Source: Felis catus (taxonomy: Eukaryota). Taken from it: a DNA stretch of 64,000 bases. The notes beneath the pieces are model-generated. The model worked only from the letters and a program-made list of their open reading frames with translations, was not told where the DNA came from and did not search any database. Position 1 is the first letter of the stretch; each line of letters starts with the position of its first letter. The stretch covers positions 76,136,001 to 76,200,000 of the forward strand of contig NC_058385.1 of assembly GCF_018350175.1 (NCBI RefSeq), in the 5' to 3' direction. The position numbers and the translations under genes are program-made. Below are positions 1 to 11,343 of the stretch, in pieces.

Positions 1-247
1 TGGAGATCTGGGGAGTTGGAGCTGGACACGGAGTGGGGGATGATCACAGAAATAAAGAGACCAGTGTTCCTTGGGGTCCTCTCCCCTCCCCTGGCCCCAT
101 GATGTCCCAGCTTCATTCATCCATGGCTTCTTTCCCCCTTTACTTCTCCATTAATAACACACCAGGCGGAGGAACCTGAAGATGCTTTGCCAAAGGACAG
201 TTTTCTGCTTTCAGGGGGAATCCCTGGTCCTATGTACCTCCTCAGGA

Positions 248-457
248 GGGTGCCAGAGAAAAATACAGGACGCCAGTTAATTTGAATTTCAGATGAACAA
301 CAAATTACTTTCTTGAAGTATAAATACATCCCCCAAATATCTTGGGGTATACTTAACACTCAAAATACATTTGTTGTTTACCTGCTGGAAATTTAATTGA
401 CATTGAAAATTTAACTGGGCATGCTATATACATTTATTTGCTAAATCTGGCAACCCT
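248..457 (+). mobile_element. MER53 hAT-family MITE (palindromic)
   Basis: GGGTGCCAGAGAAAAATACAGGACGCCAGTTAATTTGAATTTCAGATGAACAAC ... TTTATTTGCTAAATCTGGCAACCCT follows the recalled MER53 consensus end to end, with internal self-complementarity. Confidence 0.85.
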
Positions 458-1624
458 ATCCTTCAGGCCTTCTATTTTGCTCTTCGCATGTCATTTGTTT
501 ATTGCCTTTTTATTTCTGTCTCCCCAGCCCCTTAAGGGAAGTGACCGTGTGTTATTCATTTTTGTGCCCTCGGTGTCTAAACCGTCCCCAGCATTTAGTA
601 GGTGCTCAGTAATGTGTTTGCTGGACAAAGATTCCACAAAGGCTTATTTTCTGCTCTCTCAACACTGCACCTCAGGTGCCCCCTCTCAGAGCATATCAAT
701 CACGTTCCAAGTGCAAGTGTTTCATTTCGTGTCTTAGGCACCCACATGGCGCTTTTATGCTGAGAAGGCTCTGCCCCTCCTGTCCACGGCCTCATGTCGT
801 CCCAATGTCTCAGCAAGGTCTTGGAATCGTGAAAGGTCAGAGCCCTCCGATCTGTGCTGATTTGGGTCACCATTTCCTTGAGACTTCCTTCGCCTCTTCT
901 TTGATTAAAGCTGGGTTTGCCTCACCTCCCGCTTTTTTAGCAATTACACTAATTAAGCTAATTTTTCTTTGTTCTCTCTTTGCAATTTGCATAAATGGCA
1001 AATTTATATATAGTGTCCCTAATTCTCCTGTAACTGCCTTGTAATTAGCAGGATGCTCAGGCTAAATATAAATAAGTACAGAAGGAAAAACAGCCTTCTG
1101 CTAAAGTACCGATAAAGGCTGGGAGACAAGAAAAGCAGAGAGAAAACAATCCTGAGCCCTGTTCTAAGCTCATTATGCCTGATTGGGTCACAGTTGGAGG
1201 AGACTAGCTAAAGGTCAGCTGCTGCCAGAGTGTCTGAATGCCCCGCCTCCCAGAACAATTTCAGCACAGATTTGGGACCATTTACTTGTAATAATACCAC
1301 CGCACAATATTTCAAAGGGGCGGAGCAGCGGGGTATGAAGGAGACAGTGGTATGGCGGTCAGTGGTGCTGGTCTGTTTCCAGCCAGAAGGGTCACGCTGA
1401 GTTAAGGAACACCGACACCGAATACCTGGGTTCCCGATGCTTTCCAGTCGCCACACTCTAGAACACTCAGGAAGCCCATCATCCCGTCACTTGCCAGATG
1501 TGAAAGCATCCCAGTGATGGAGACATGCTTAAAAGATAGTATTAAATAAATACTGAAGACTTCCTTCCACAAATGTCCATTAATATACTACGACAGGGCT
1601 TATACCAGAGTCCTATGTGAATCG

Positions 1625-1845
1625 GTTTGGTATAGTGATTGCAGAGGTGGTCCTTGGATCCTGGTCTTAATCCTACCTCTAGCTGGTGACCTTGGGCAAA
1701 GTCTCTTCTTGTGTTAAGTCAAAGTTTCCTTTTCTTCAGAGTGGGATACCACAGACTTGTCGTGGGGGTGCTTGGTGAGATGAGAGAGCAGCATTAAAGC
1801 ACTTGGCCCAGTGCCTGAGCCCTGCAAGCCCTAATACAATTTGAT
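1625..1845 (+). mobile_element. MIR SINE remnant (approximate bounds)
   Basis: AGCTGGTGACCTTGGGCAAAGTC core and TAAAGCACTTGGCCCAGTGCCTG 3' part. Confidence 0.6.
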
Positions 1846-2715
1846 GTTCAGTTTGTTAGGTCACATGACTCAGTCTGCATTGGTTTCCAGTGAACTTCAT
1901 TGGTTTCAGAAGTATGTGGGCTCAAGACCTGGAACCTTGGGTGACCCAACCAAGGAACTATGGGAAGACCTGTCTAAGAAAAGAATCATCTTTCCCCTAA
2001 ATCTTGGAATTGCGATCATAGTTATTGTAACAATGATGTCAATGCTTCATGTGTGTGTATTTCCAGAAAAGTCTATAAAGAGTCCCCTCTGTGACAAGTA
2101 TTGCCCTAAGCACTGGGCGCACAGAGATGAATGAAACTCGGTCTTCGAAGTGGGGAGATAGATGGTTAAAGTGTCCATTGCAAAAGGGTAAGATCAATGC
2201 TGGTCTCAAGGACTCGGAAGAGGTGGTGTCCCTTTTGGTGGACCAGAGGCCTCCAAAGAAGGGTATGTTCACACCGCGTGTCGACATTGTTTCACTGTGG
2301 AAAGACGGTTTAGAACTCCTCTTTCCCCATTTTTTAATGTATGTCTTTAAAAATGTATTTTTTATATTGCTATATTGTCCATTGTATATTAGAATATGCA
2401 TATAATTTATAAGTAGGTAATACATACACACAGGAGTGCCCGCTCAAAAATGTTTGCTAAGAGTAGAGTGAAATCAAAGGAAACAAGGAAGAATGAAGAT
2501 CAAAGGAAGAAAAATGAAGTGAGGAAGTCTTCCCGGATGAGCAAGTTGAAAGCTGTAGCTCCATAAAGGCAGAGGCTGCTTCTCCCTTCTCCTTTACCAC
2601 GTCCCCAGTATGTAGGATAATATCTGGCCTAGAGGGGGCACTTAGTATCTGTTGAATTTAATAGATGAGGTAAGAGGGTAGGAGAACAGAGGAGATGCCC
2701 CCTGAACTGTCCATG

Positions 2716-3108
2716 TGCCATGATCTGAATGTGTGTGTCCCCCTTTCCTAAATTTATATGTTGAAGGACTAATCCCTAAGGTAATGGTATTTGGAGGTGT
2801 GGCCTTAGAGAGGTAATTATATTTAGATGAGGTCATGAAGGTAGGGCCCCCATGATGAGAGTAGTGTCCTTATAAGGAGAAGAAGAGACACCAGAGCTCA
2901 CTCTCTCTCACATGCACACGCTGAGGAAGGCCATGTGAGGACAATGAGAAGGGGGCCATCTGCAACCCATAAATCGAGTCCTACTGAAACCTGGCCATGC
3001 TGGTACCCCTAATCTCCAGGGTTATGGCTTCCAGTTCTGAGAAAATTAAAGGTCTATATGTAAACCACCTAGTCTGTGGCATTTTGTTATGGCAACCTCA
3101 GTAAGATA
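2716..3108 (+). mobile_element. MLT1A-type MaLR solo LTR
   Basis: Starts TGCCATGATCTGAATGTGTGTGTCCCC, contains AGATGAGGTCATGAAGGTAGGGCCCCCATGATG, ends CCACCTAGTCTGTGGCATTTTGTTATGGCA..AAGATAC. Confidence 0.85.
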
Positions 3109-3139
3109 CCATGGTCACACGACCTCCAAGTGGCCATGA

Positions 3140-3370
3140 CTTGTATGATTTCTTAAATCAGAGAAGGGGGAACAGGTCCCAGGAAGAAGGTTATGGGCTA
3201 AAGTGCACAGGCTGGAGACAGCCATGTGTTTGGGGAAGCGGAGCAGCTTGCCGTAAAGTAGGAGGCAAGAATGAGGTTGAAGGTGCAGACAGAGCCAGGC
3301 AACAGAGGTCCCTGGGTCAGGCTGAGGGGCTTGGAAGTGACATACACGCCTTTTGGTTGGTCACTGTCCA
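3140..3370 (-). mobile_element. L2 LINE remnant
   Basis: Purine-rich antisense L2 pattern (GGGAACAGGTCCCAGG..AAAGTGCACAGGCTGGAGACAGCCATGTGTTTGGGGAAG). Confidence 0.5.
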
Positions 3371-3489
3371 GCAGAAGTGGAGAGTATAGGACATTTGCAC
3401 TAACAAATGGCCTTCAGGCCCCGAATCTCACTGGAACTGGTTTCATTTCCCTCACGATGTATGACCGAAGGCTGGTCTGAGACAGCCCG

Positions 3490-4089
3490 TTGCTGTCTGG
3501 GATACAGGAAGGTGGCTATGCTGGGGGACCACCCCTAGATTTGATGATTCCCTAGAAGACTCACTCACTCACTCACTCACTCACTCACTCACTCACAGGA
3601 CTCAGAATATAGTCTACTCACAGCTATGATTCATTACTGTGAAAGAACACAAAGCAGAATCAGCACAGGGAGAAGTGCAGGGGCCAAGTACGGGGGAAAT
3701 CAGGTACAAACTTTCAAGAGTCCGTCCCGGTGGAACCACCCAGAACAAGCATGGTTCCTCCTGCAATGAGTCATACAACATGTGCGAAATATTTTCTACC
3801 AAGGGAGCTTCCTGCAGATTTAGTGCCCAAAGTTTTTATCGGGGCTGATTGCGTAGGCATCCTATGTATCAAAATTCTAGACTCCTTGAAGGAAAGCAAG
3901 TGTTCAGCATAAACCACATTGTTTGTGCAAACAGTTTGGGTTCTGTGGGTCACCCTTATCAGTTAAGGGATGGTGGAACCCTCTTGAAATCCAAGTTCCT
4001 GGACACCAGCCAAGGGCCAGCTTTGCAAGCAGACCAAGAGACAGTAGGGATATCAGGTTCAGTCATGCTGTGTTAACTCCGCTTTGCAA
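3490..4089 (-). mobile_element. MER77/MER21-group LTR (solo)
   Basis: GGGACCACCCCTAGATTTGATGATTC..ACAGGACTCAGAATATAGTC..GGAAAGCAAGTGTTCAGCATAAACCACATTGTTTG..GCCAAGGGCCAGCTTTGCAAGCAG..TGTTAACTC matches the recalled antisense MER77 consensus. Confidence 0.75.
3559..3596. repeat. (ACTC)n tetranucleotide microsatellite, about 9.5 units, inside the LTR
   Basis: Directly visible. Confidence 0.95.
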
Positions 4090-4849
4090 AGTAGCCTTTG
4101 ATGTTATCAAAAGATGTACTGAGTATAAGGAGATACAAAAGAGAATATAAAAGTGGCAAGAGCCACTCTGACTTGGGTTAGAACTCCAACCTGGGTTTTT
4201 GAAAAATCGTAATAATGTTTTTATTATGTTTTATTCCTTATTGAATAATAGGTTTCATTATGCCTTATTCCTTAGCGAAATGGGATGACAGTAGTTCACG
4301 GTGTATTAATGAGAGTTAAATGGGATGATGTATGTAAAGTGCTGGTTTGTTCTGGCCTCTGTGCCCAGCATGGTGTTTGGCACAGGGAAGACTTCCAGTC
4401 AATGTTTATTGATTGGTCCAGACAACTTCAAGCAGATGGTCAGTCAGCAGGGTGTCTTTCAAAACACTAGAGTCAAGGCTGGCATTGGTGGGCAGAAATT
4501 CTTCTCCATTGGGTGGATGTTTCCAAGGATGTTTCTGAGAATCTCAGAGACACTTTCTCACTTTTCCTGTCTGATAGAATCCAAAGATCCCTTGTTCCAA
4601 TGTTACATCATTGGAAAAGTATTCCGTTACAGATACCTTGAAAAATCCAGAAAGGGTTTTTTTCACTGTGGTTGGGAGGAATATTTTCAAAAATTGGAGG
4701 GGGGTGGGGAAATTTTTTTACGAACTTTTTTTTATGAGAAATATTTTAATGGTGTCAGGACAGAAATGCCTTTTGTACCAAATGTAGCTCATTACTGGCT
4801 TCTCAAAGGAAGCCTTTGTTAGCACTCCCGGTAGCTGATGAGTGCCGCT

Positions 4850-5075
4850 TCAGCGTGATGTGAGGAAAGAATACAGATTTTGTCTGAATTCCAGACCTAC
4901 TTCAAATCCTGGTCATCCTTTGTGTGTGACCTTAGACGGGCCAGTTAAACTCTCTCTGAGTCTCAGTTCCTTCTTTTATCAATGAGAACAGAAATACTTC
5001 CTGCTGGGTTTTGTGAAGAAGGTGAAACAGGATTTATGCAAAGCTTCTATGGAGTAAGTGGCACTAAATGTTATC
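4850..5075 (+). mobile_element. MIR SINE remnant
   Basis: TTCAAATCCTGG..TGTGTGACCTTAGACGGGCCAGTTAAACTCTCTCTGAGTCTCAGTTCCTT. Confidence 0.7.
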
Positions 5076-5847
5076 TCTCACTGGAGGTAAAATTCGATTA
5101 TTTAGAATTCCAATTAAGCGACATTTTCCCCCAAAGGCCAACTAATTCCAAGAGACCCCCCCAAGGAAATGCCTTTTGATATTTGGTTCAAAATCATCAT
5201 CGTTGGCTCTTCCCCACTAAAAGACGAAGTACTCACACTGTATTGGGCAGGTTTGCTGAGTAACAAGCAGCCCCCAAATCCCAGCGGCTTGCAACAGACA
5301 TTCATTTCTGTATTGCGTCACGTACTGGAAGCTGCGGTCTGACAGTGATTGCGTGCCTCTGCTCCGTGTGTCTTCTCATCTGGGGATCTGGGCTGGAGGG
5401 GCAGCCCCTCTGAAGGATGTGTCCATCCCTGAGACCAAGGAGAAGAGCAAGAAGGTCAAGCCCAAATAAGCAATTGTGTGGGAAACTCCTACTCAGAAGC
5501 GATACAGCCACTTCTCTAGCCCGTTGGCCAAAGCCCAAATCAATGGAGCAGGGGAACACACTCCTCCCATGTGGGAGGAAACAGTGAATATTCTTGAACA
5601 TTCATGTGATATGTTGCATATCTACTCTTCACACTCTTTGAAAATATCATCTTATGCTGCTCTCTCCTGATGTTCATAAACTCTTTTGGAGTGAATACAA
5701 TTTGATCGTTTTTGTCATCTGAATTCAGAGTAGGCTCTGGGGCCTTGAATGCTGGGTACAGTCTGGTACAGTAGCATTTCCCGAAGTGTTCAGTTGGACA
5801 TTATTAGTGTTTCCTAAGCTTGTTATCTGCCAGATCCCCACTATCCC

Positions 5848-6063
5848 TTTTTTTTTTTTTAATGTTCATTTATTTTTGAGCGAGACAGGGACAGAATGCG
5901 AGTGGGTTAGGGGCAGAGAGAGAGGGAGACACAGAATCCGAAGCAGGCTCCAGGCTCCGAGCTGTCAGCACAGGGCCCGACACGGGGCTCGAACTCACAA
6001 ACCGTGAGATCATGACCTGAGCCGAAGTCGGACGCTCAACCGACTGAGCCACCCAGGCGCCCC
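5848..6063 (-). mobile_element. Feliform CAN-SINE (SINEC_Fc type), full length
   Basis: Antisense GGGGCGCCTGGGTGGCTCAGTCGG head, (CT)-rich body, poly-A tail; TSD CCCAC(T/G)ATCCCTTTTT on both sides. Confidence 0.97.
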
Positions 6064-8413
6064 TACCCACGATCCCTTTTTACCTGACCGTCTCTTAGTC
6101 GGAACACACTCCGGGAAACAGTAATGAAGAGTACATAAGTTGAGAACCTGCGAGGTACAGAAATCCCTCACGAAATAGGTAGACAGCCAAGTAGTTGGGA
6201 TCGGGGTGGATTCACAGAAGCCGGAGGCGAACATAAGGAATCCCTCCTAGGCACAGCTCAGAGTGTCTTAGAGCCAGCAGCCACAGGAAGGTCAGGTGGA
6301 AAAGGACAAAGCCTGAGAGGTGGAGAGGCCACACCCGATATCAGCTCTTTGCCTGGCTCAGAGTCTGGTCAACACATACTTGTTGAATGACCGAGTAATG
6401 AACGGAGCCTGGGACCAGTGGCAGAAACCAGGGTAGGACAGGTGTGGCAGAGGCAAACAACGACTGTGGGTGGGGAACAGGAAGAGCAGAACTGGGAGAT
6501 GAGGGGGTCTGGACCCAGCTCCTCAGCCTCCCCACCCTACAGCCCGAGCTGTGGTTTCACCAGACTCACACAGGTGTGACCAGATGGCACCTCGCCTTAG
6601 GCACCTGTGATGTGTCATTTTCCTCATGTCCTGGGCTTCTCCGCTCCCAGGATGGACACTCTGGGCTCCCAGGATGTACTCCTTCTGAGATGCTTGCTAC
6701 AGGCTTCTCAAATCCCACAGTTGGAGCACCCGGTTGCCCTTAGTGGCTCTCTTCATAACACAAGTGTGTCGGACTCGTGTCAGCTTGAACACGAGCTTGG
6801 GCTGCCCTACTTCTCCCACCCCCTCTGTGTCTAGCCTGTGTCCGTGCTCACATTTCCAAAGAGGTCACTTCCTCATCAGCCTGAGGATCTGTTCTCAAGG
6901 AAGGCCAGGCTCAGACACGACACAGCCGGTGACTGAGCCCACTGTCCAGGACAAGTGGGGGCAGGCTTTACATCGACAGGCAGGGACGCACAGCGGTCAA
7001 GGACATGGGCTGCAGCCCGGACCTTCCAGGTTTATATCTCTACAGTGTTCCTGCAAGTGTTGGACATGTTAATTGACGGAAGGCACCTAGATCGGGGTGC
7101 ACACAGAGTGCTCTGTGAGCGTTTAGCTGGGTCCAGCTTGGGTGAGCCAGTGAGATAGAGATTAGTATCTGTATCTTAATCCACACGGAGGCTGAGCTCT
7201 AGGACTCCCTGCCAAACCTGCTGTGGTGTCCTGGTGCCGGGGGGCCTGGCCTCAGGGGACTTGTCCTTTGCCTCTGCTCTAGAGCACGTGTCATGTGCTT
7301 TGCGCACTTCCACGTGGCTCATCCAAGGATGAGTGGGACGCGCCAGCCGGCCCCACACGTGGGCAGCGTGGAGGCCAAGACACGGACGCTTCGCTGTGGC
7401 TTTCCACTCTGGCTTCTGCCTAATTCACTCCCTGTTCGGTGGGGACTCTCTTGCCGTTTTCTCCCCAAACCCCGGCCTCTGCTATGCAATGCGCTGTGAC
7501 AGCCAGCCTTCCGGGCCACCTGGGGCCGAGTCCTCCTCACTGCCAATTCCCGGCTGTAAACCTGTCGGCCTCTGGGCCTGGTTGGGTTAACTCACCTATG
7601 ACCTGTGGAGAGGGCCCCTTGTGAGTCTAGAGGCGGCCTGTGTCCAGTTGGTAGCGTAGCACCTGCGGGGACATAACGTAAGGTCGGTATGTGGGCTTCA
7701 CGCCCTCCTTCCCCACCTGGTACCCAAATTTCCCCGGACATCCCAGCGACAGTGACTTCAGCTCCTGACCCTCCCACTCATGCCAGAGATCAGTTTCTCT
7801 TTTCTCACCTGGCCGGCCTTAGCACAGCCGTGGTTGTCTTCAGACACCGGCTGGGATTGGCCCTGGAGTCTCCCCGCAGGCGTCCCAGAACCCCACCGCT
7901 GCCCCTCCTTTGGCAAGAGCCCCGTGTCCGGTGAAACCGCTTCTTGAAGTTCAGCACAATACGAACGGAGTGCCTGTCAGTGCCCCTGACCCCCGCGCGA
8001 CAGCAAATGGCCCGAGCTGCATCGAATGGAGAGGGACACCCATGGGTGGGAAAATGTATTGACTGTCCCCCTTTGCACGAGGTCGGTGGGAGTGGAGACC
8101 ATAGCGGGAGGAAGGAGGTCACAGCAGGGCCTAGGTCGGAACAGGACGTGACAGCTCGGTCCTGGCAGGAAGGACAGGACGCACACTCTGGGAGTGTGGG
8201 GCAGGGAAACGAAGATCCCATTCGCAGAGGCGTGGGCAGGGGGCAGTCGCCTGGACCTGGATGGGGCGGAGTAGGGGGGAAGTTAGCAGATCGCAGGCAG
8301 AGAGCGCCTTAGAGAGAGGACCATCCGGCAAGAGACGTGACTTTCGACGCAGGGACACCGTGGACCACGGGCAGCAGCTACGCAGCAGAGAGGACCCAGC
8401 GCTGACATCTCTC

Positions 8414-8432
8414 TAGCGCCCCCTGCTGTTCT
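8414..8432 (-). promoter_or_regulatory. CTCF motif candidate (reverse)
   Basis: Minus strand AGAACAGCAGGGGGCGCTA versus consensus TGGCCACCAGGGGGCGCTA; core CAGCAGGGGGCGCTA intact. Motif match only. Confidence 0.55.
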
Positions 8433-10048
8433 GTGTGCCCTGCCTCTGTTTCCAGGCTTCAGGGCTTTAAGGGGAGCCTCCCAGCCCGCTTGTAGCAGGG
8501 CCACCCACAAGTGCAGGACGTTTCACGCCCCTAGGCAAACTCCCAATCGATAGGCAGAGGAATCCACAAGTCCACGCTGCTGTTTTGCCGTGGACTCTCA
8601 GTGGGTCAGCTCGAGGTTCATTCTGCAAGGTTCTTCAGGAAATCCTGGTGGGGTCGGGGAGGGCTCATCTGTTCACACACCATCCCCGTGACCTTTCTCT
8701 CTTCTCGTCCCCACTGCTCCCATGTGCTTCCTGAGACCACCTGCCCCATGAACTCCCTTCCTTGGGGACCCCATCCCGGACCTCTGGGGACGACCGCAGG
8801 AGAGTTGTCTGGAAGCACACACGGGATCCGGATGGATCTGGAGAGCAAGCGTGCAGGGGGGACGTTTCCAGAGCCCAGGTCTTGGGGGCACAGGAAAGGG
8901 GAGGCCCAGCTTTGGAGGTGCAGGTGCCCAGGAAAGGCTTCGTGCAGAATTGGACACCTGAGTCCGATCTTTCGGAAAGAAGTTGTCTTTCCTCAGACTG
9001 AAAATCTTGTGGGGCCTGAAGGAGAGACCCTGTCCCTGCTCCTCTGCAGGAAAGGAGCTGATTGGACACCCACTCATTCCATCCCCTCCCCCACTGCCCT
9101 GAAAGGCTCTGATATGAGGGAAAAATATCCTCTCCAGGGAAGTCTTGCCCTTCATGCTTTGCCAAACGCCTCCTCAGTAAGGGGACCCACAAGCCTGATG
9201 CAAGGAACTGAGATTCAGAAAAATGCTTCCAAAGAAACGGTTGCAGCAAAGGCTGTTGACTGTGGCTCTGGGGCGCCCTTGGCAATCCTCACTGGAGGAA
9301 TCTCTGCAGGCACGGCTACACCCCGCCCCCGCCTCCCCTCCCCCGCCTCCCCTCCCCCCTATGCCCTGGGACAGGTGCCTCACTCAGGTGCAGACATCTC
9401 CGCAGGAATGGGGGAAGGCTTTGCATGGTGGGTTGGAAGCTGCCTGATGCACCTCAGGGCAGCTGCCCCAGATGGTTTCGATGCTTCTCTCGACACCTGC
9501 CATCTTGCGGGGGGACTTAGAGGATGAGGGGGTATTGGGACTGTGGTCCAAATCTCTCATTTATGGTGGGGAACTGAGGTCACAGTGGGGGAAGGACGCA
9601 CCCCGGGTCACCATGTGCAAACAGCAGACCGCCCAATTCGTCATTTTCAATCCTGACAGCGAAGGAGCAGTCGCAGCTAAGGTTTCAAGCTTTGACCTGA
9701 TTTGTTTCTTCTGGAGACCTTCAGATATTCTCCTGGATTCTAATACCCTCAAGGGCAGCGATCCCAATGACCAGTCTCCCCTGAAATATGTAAATCAATT
9801 ACATTTCACATGCGTTACTGAGTCCCAGGCATAAACCTGGCCCTGTGTTGCATCCTGGAAGGTGAAAGGTGTACAAGACAAAAACAAAACAGACACAGAA
9901 AAGCGAACTCTGCGCTCAAGACCTGGTACAGAAGACAGGCCGGGCCCCAGCTCGCCAGTCAGGTGGGCGTCCTGCCTACACTCCTGGCCTAGCCTCCTGT
10001 CCCCATCCCCACTCAGCCCTTCTCAGAGAACTCATGTACCGAACAGCT

Positions 10049-10279
10049 ATTTTTATTATTAAAGGTTTTTAATGTTGACTTTTGAGACAGAGAGAGAGAG
10101 AGAGAGTCAGAGCATGAGCAGGGGAGGGGCAGAGAGAGAGGGAGACACAGAATCTAAAGCAAGCTCTGGGCTCTGAGCTGTCAGTGGAGAGCCGGACACG
10201 GGGCTCAAACTCCTGAGCCGTGAGAACAAGACCTGAGTCAAAGTCGGATGCTTAACTGACCTAGCCACCCAGGTGCCCC
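10049..10279 (-). mobile_element. Feliform CAN-SINE
   Basis: Antisense head ending AGCCACCCAGGTGCCCC, (GA)n body, T-rich tail, TSD GAACAGCT. Confidence 0.95.
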
Positions 10280-11343
10280 CTGAACAGCTGTCTGTTAACT
10301 CTGTCCATCAACAACTCTGGGAAGTAGTCACTGTTATTGCCCCATTTTACAGATGAGGACACGTCAGCTTCCGTCCTCCCCAAGCCACATATCAGGAATC
10401 TCTCAGTTCCCATGGCTGACATCGAATTAACGTTATTAGGGACTTCATTCCAGGTGGGAAAGCCTGACTATGTCTTATTTTACCTTCCCAGGTGATAGTT
10501 GCCTTCCAACAGGGGAGCCTGGACAGGTCGTGCCTCAGTCTATTGCTTTGTGGCCTTGGCTATGTGCTTGTATTGCCTTGGTGGTAAAGTCAGAAAAAGA
10601 TAGTAGGTTCCAGTCCAGAGGCTCTGGTTCAGTAGACTCTATGAGCTGTACTTTACAAAAAGCTCCACAAGATTTCGGAAGTACACCAAGGGTTGCCAAG
10701 AGCTTCGGCTCCAACGACCTCAAGCCCCGGAGCAGGCTACAGTTGGGATGAGAAGTTCTGGAACAAATGGGGCTCAGAGATGTTGAAAACGCACCATGCT
10801 GCCCCCTCACCACAGTCAGAGCTGTAACATTCAAAACAGGTGCTGATTGTTCAGCTCTTGCGAGGGCCAGGTGCTGTGTTTGGTTCTTTAGACACATGAT
10901 CGCTAATCCTCCCAAGGACTCCGTGAGATACTGTATCTCCATTTTATGAAAAGGAACCAAGGTCTACAAAACTCCCCTGTGGCCCGCCAAAGGCTCTCCT
11001 CACCACATCCCGGCCACGGCCTCTGTCTCACCTCCTGCGTTCCTCACTCAACGGGTGGTTTTCACCCAAAGGGTCTAGCGTGGACTTCACAGCTAAATTA
11101 CGACTTGGCCCAAGTCTTACAGTTGGTAACGGGGATGGGGAAGGTCGGAGCCCAGTGTTGTCTCTCCCCAAACCCGATGTACTGTCCGTGAGCACTAAAG
11201 ACTTGCCAAATGCAGGGATAAAAGACATCGCTTGTGTACCCAAAGAAAAATGTACATCGTTGGGGGTACTTGCATATTTAATCAACTGTCCTGGCTGTCC
11301 ACGTGGAGGAAATCCATTCTTCGATCAAGGGGCACAGGGAGGA

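Noticed and set aside
2625-2643. CTCF-like TGGCCTAGAGGGGGCACTT
   Set aside because: Mismatches at two core positions and lies in an L2 3'-end remnant
4325-4822. 165-aa ORF
   Set aside because: Starts inside MIR/L2 debris and resembles no protein I know
5870-6070. Recurrent ORFs containing WVAQSV..PTSAQVMI..SSP (also at 17754, 45454, 62783, 63036)
   Set aside because: Translations of CAN-SINEs, not a gene family
7810-8161. Minus-strand 352-nt exon candidate (CCTGCCAG acceptor, CAG|GTGAGA donor)
   Set aside because: Unusually long, peptide unrecognised; such signals are common in GC-rich DNA
8601-9527. 308-aa ORF, the longest in the track
   Set aside because: GTG start, GC-rich sequence with long overlapping ORFs on both strands, no recognisable domain or coding-like composition; most likely chance
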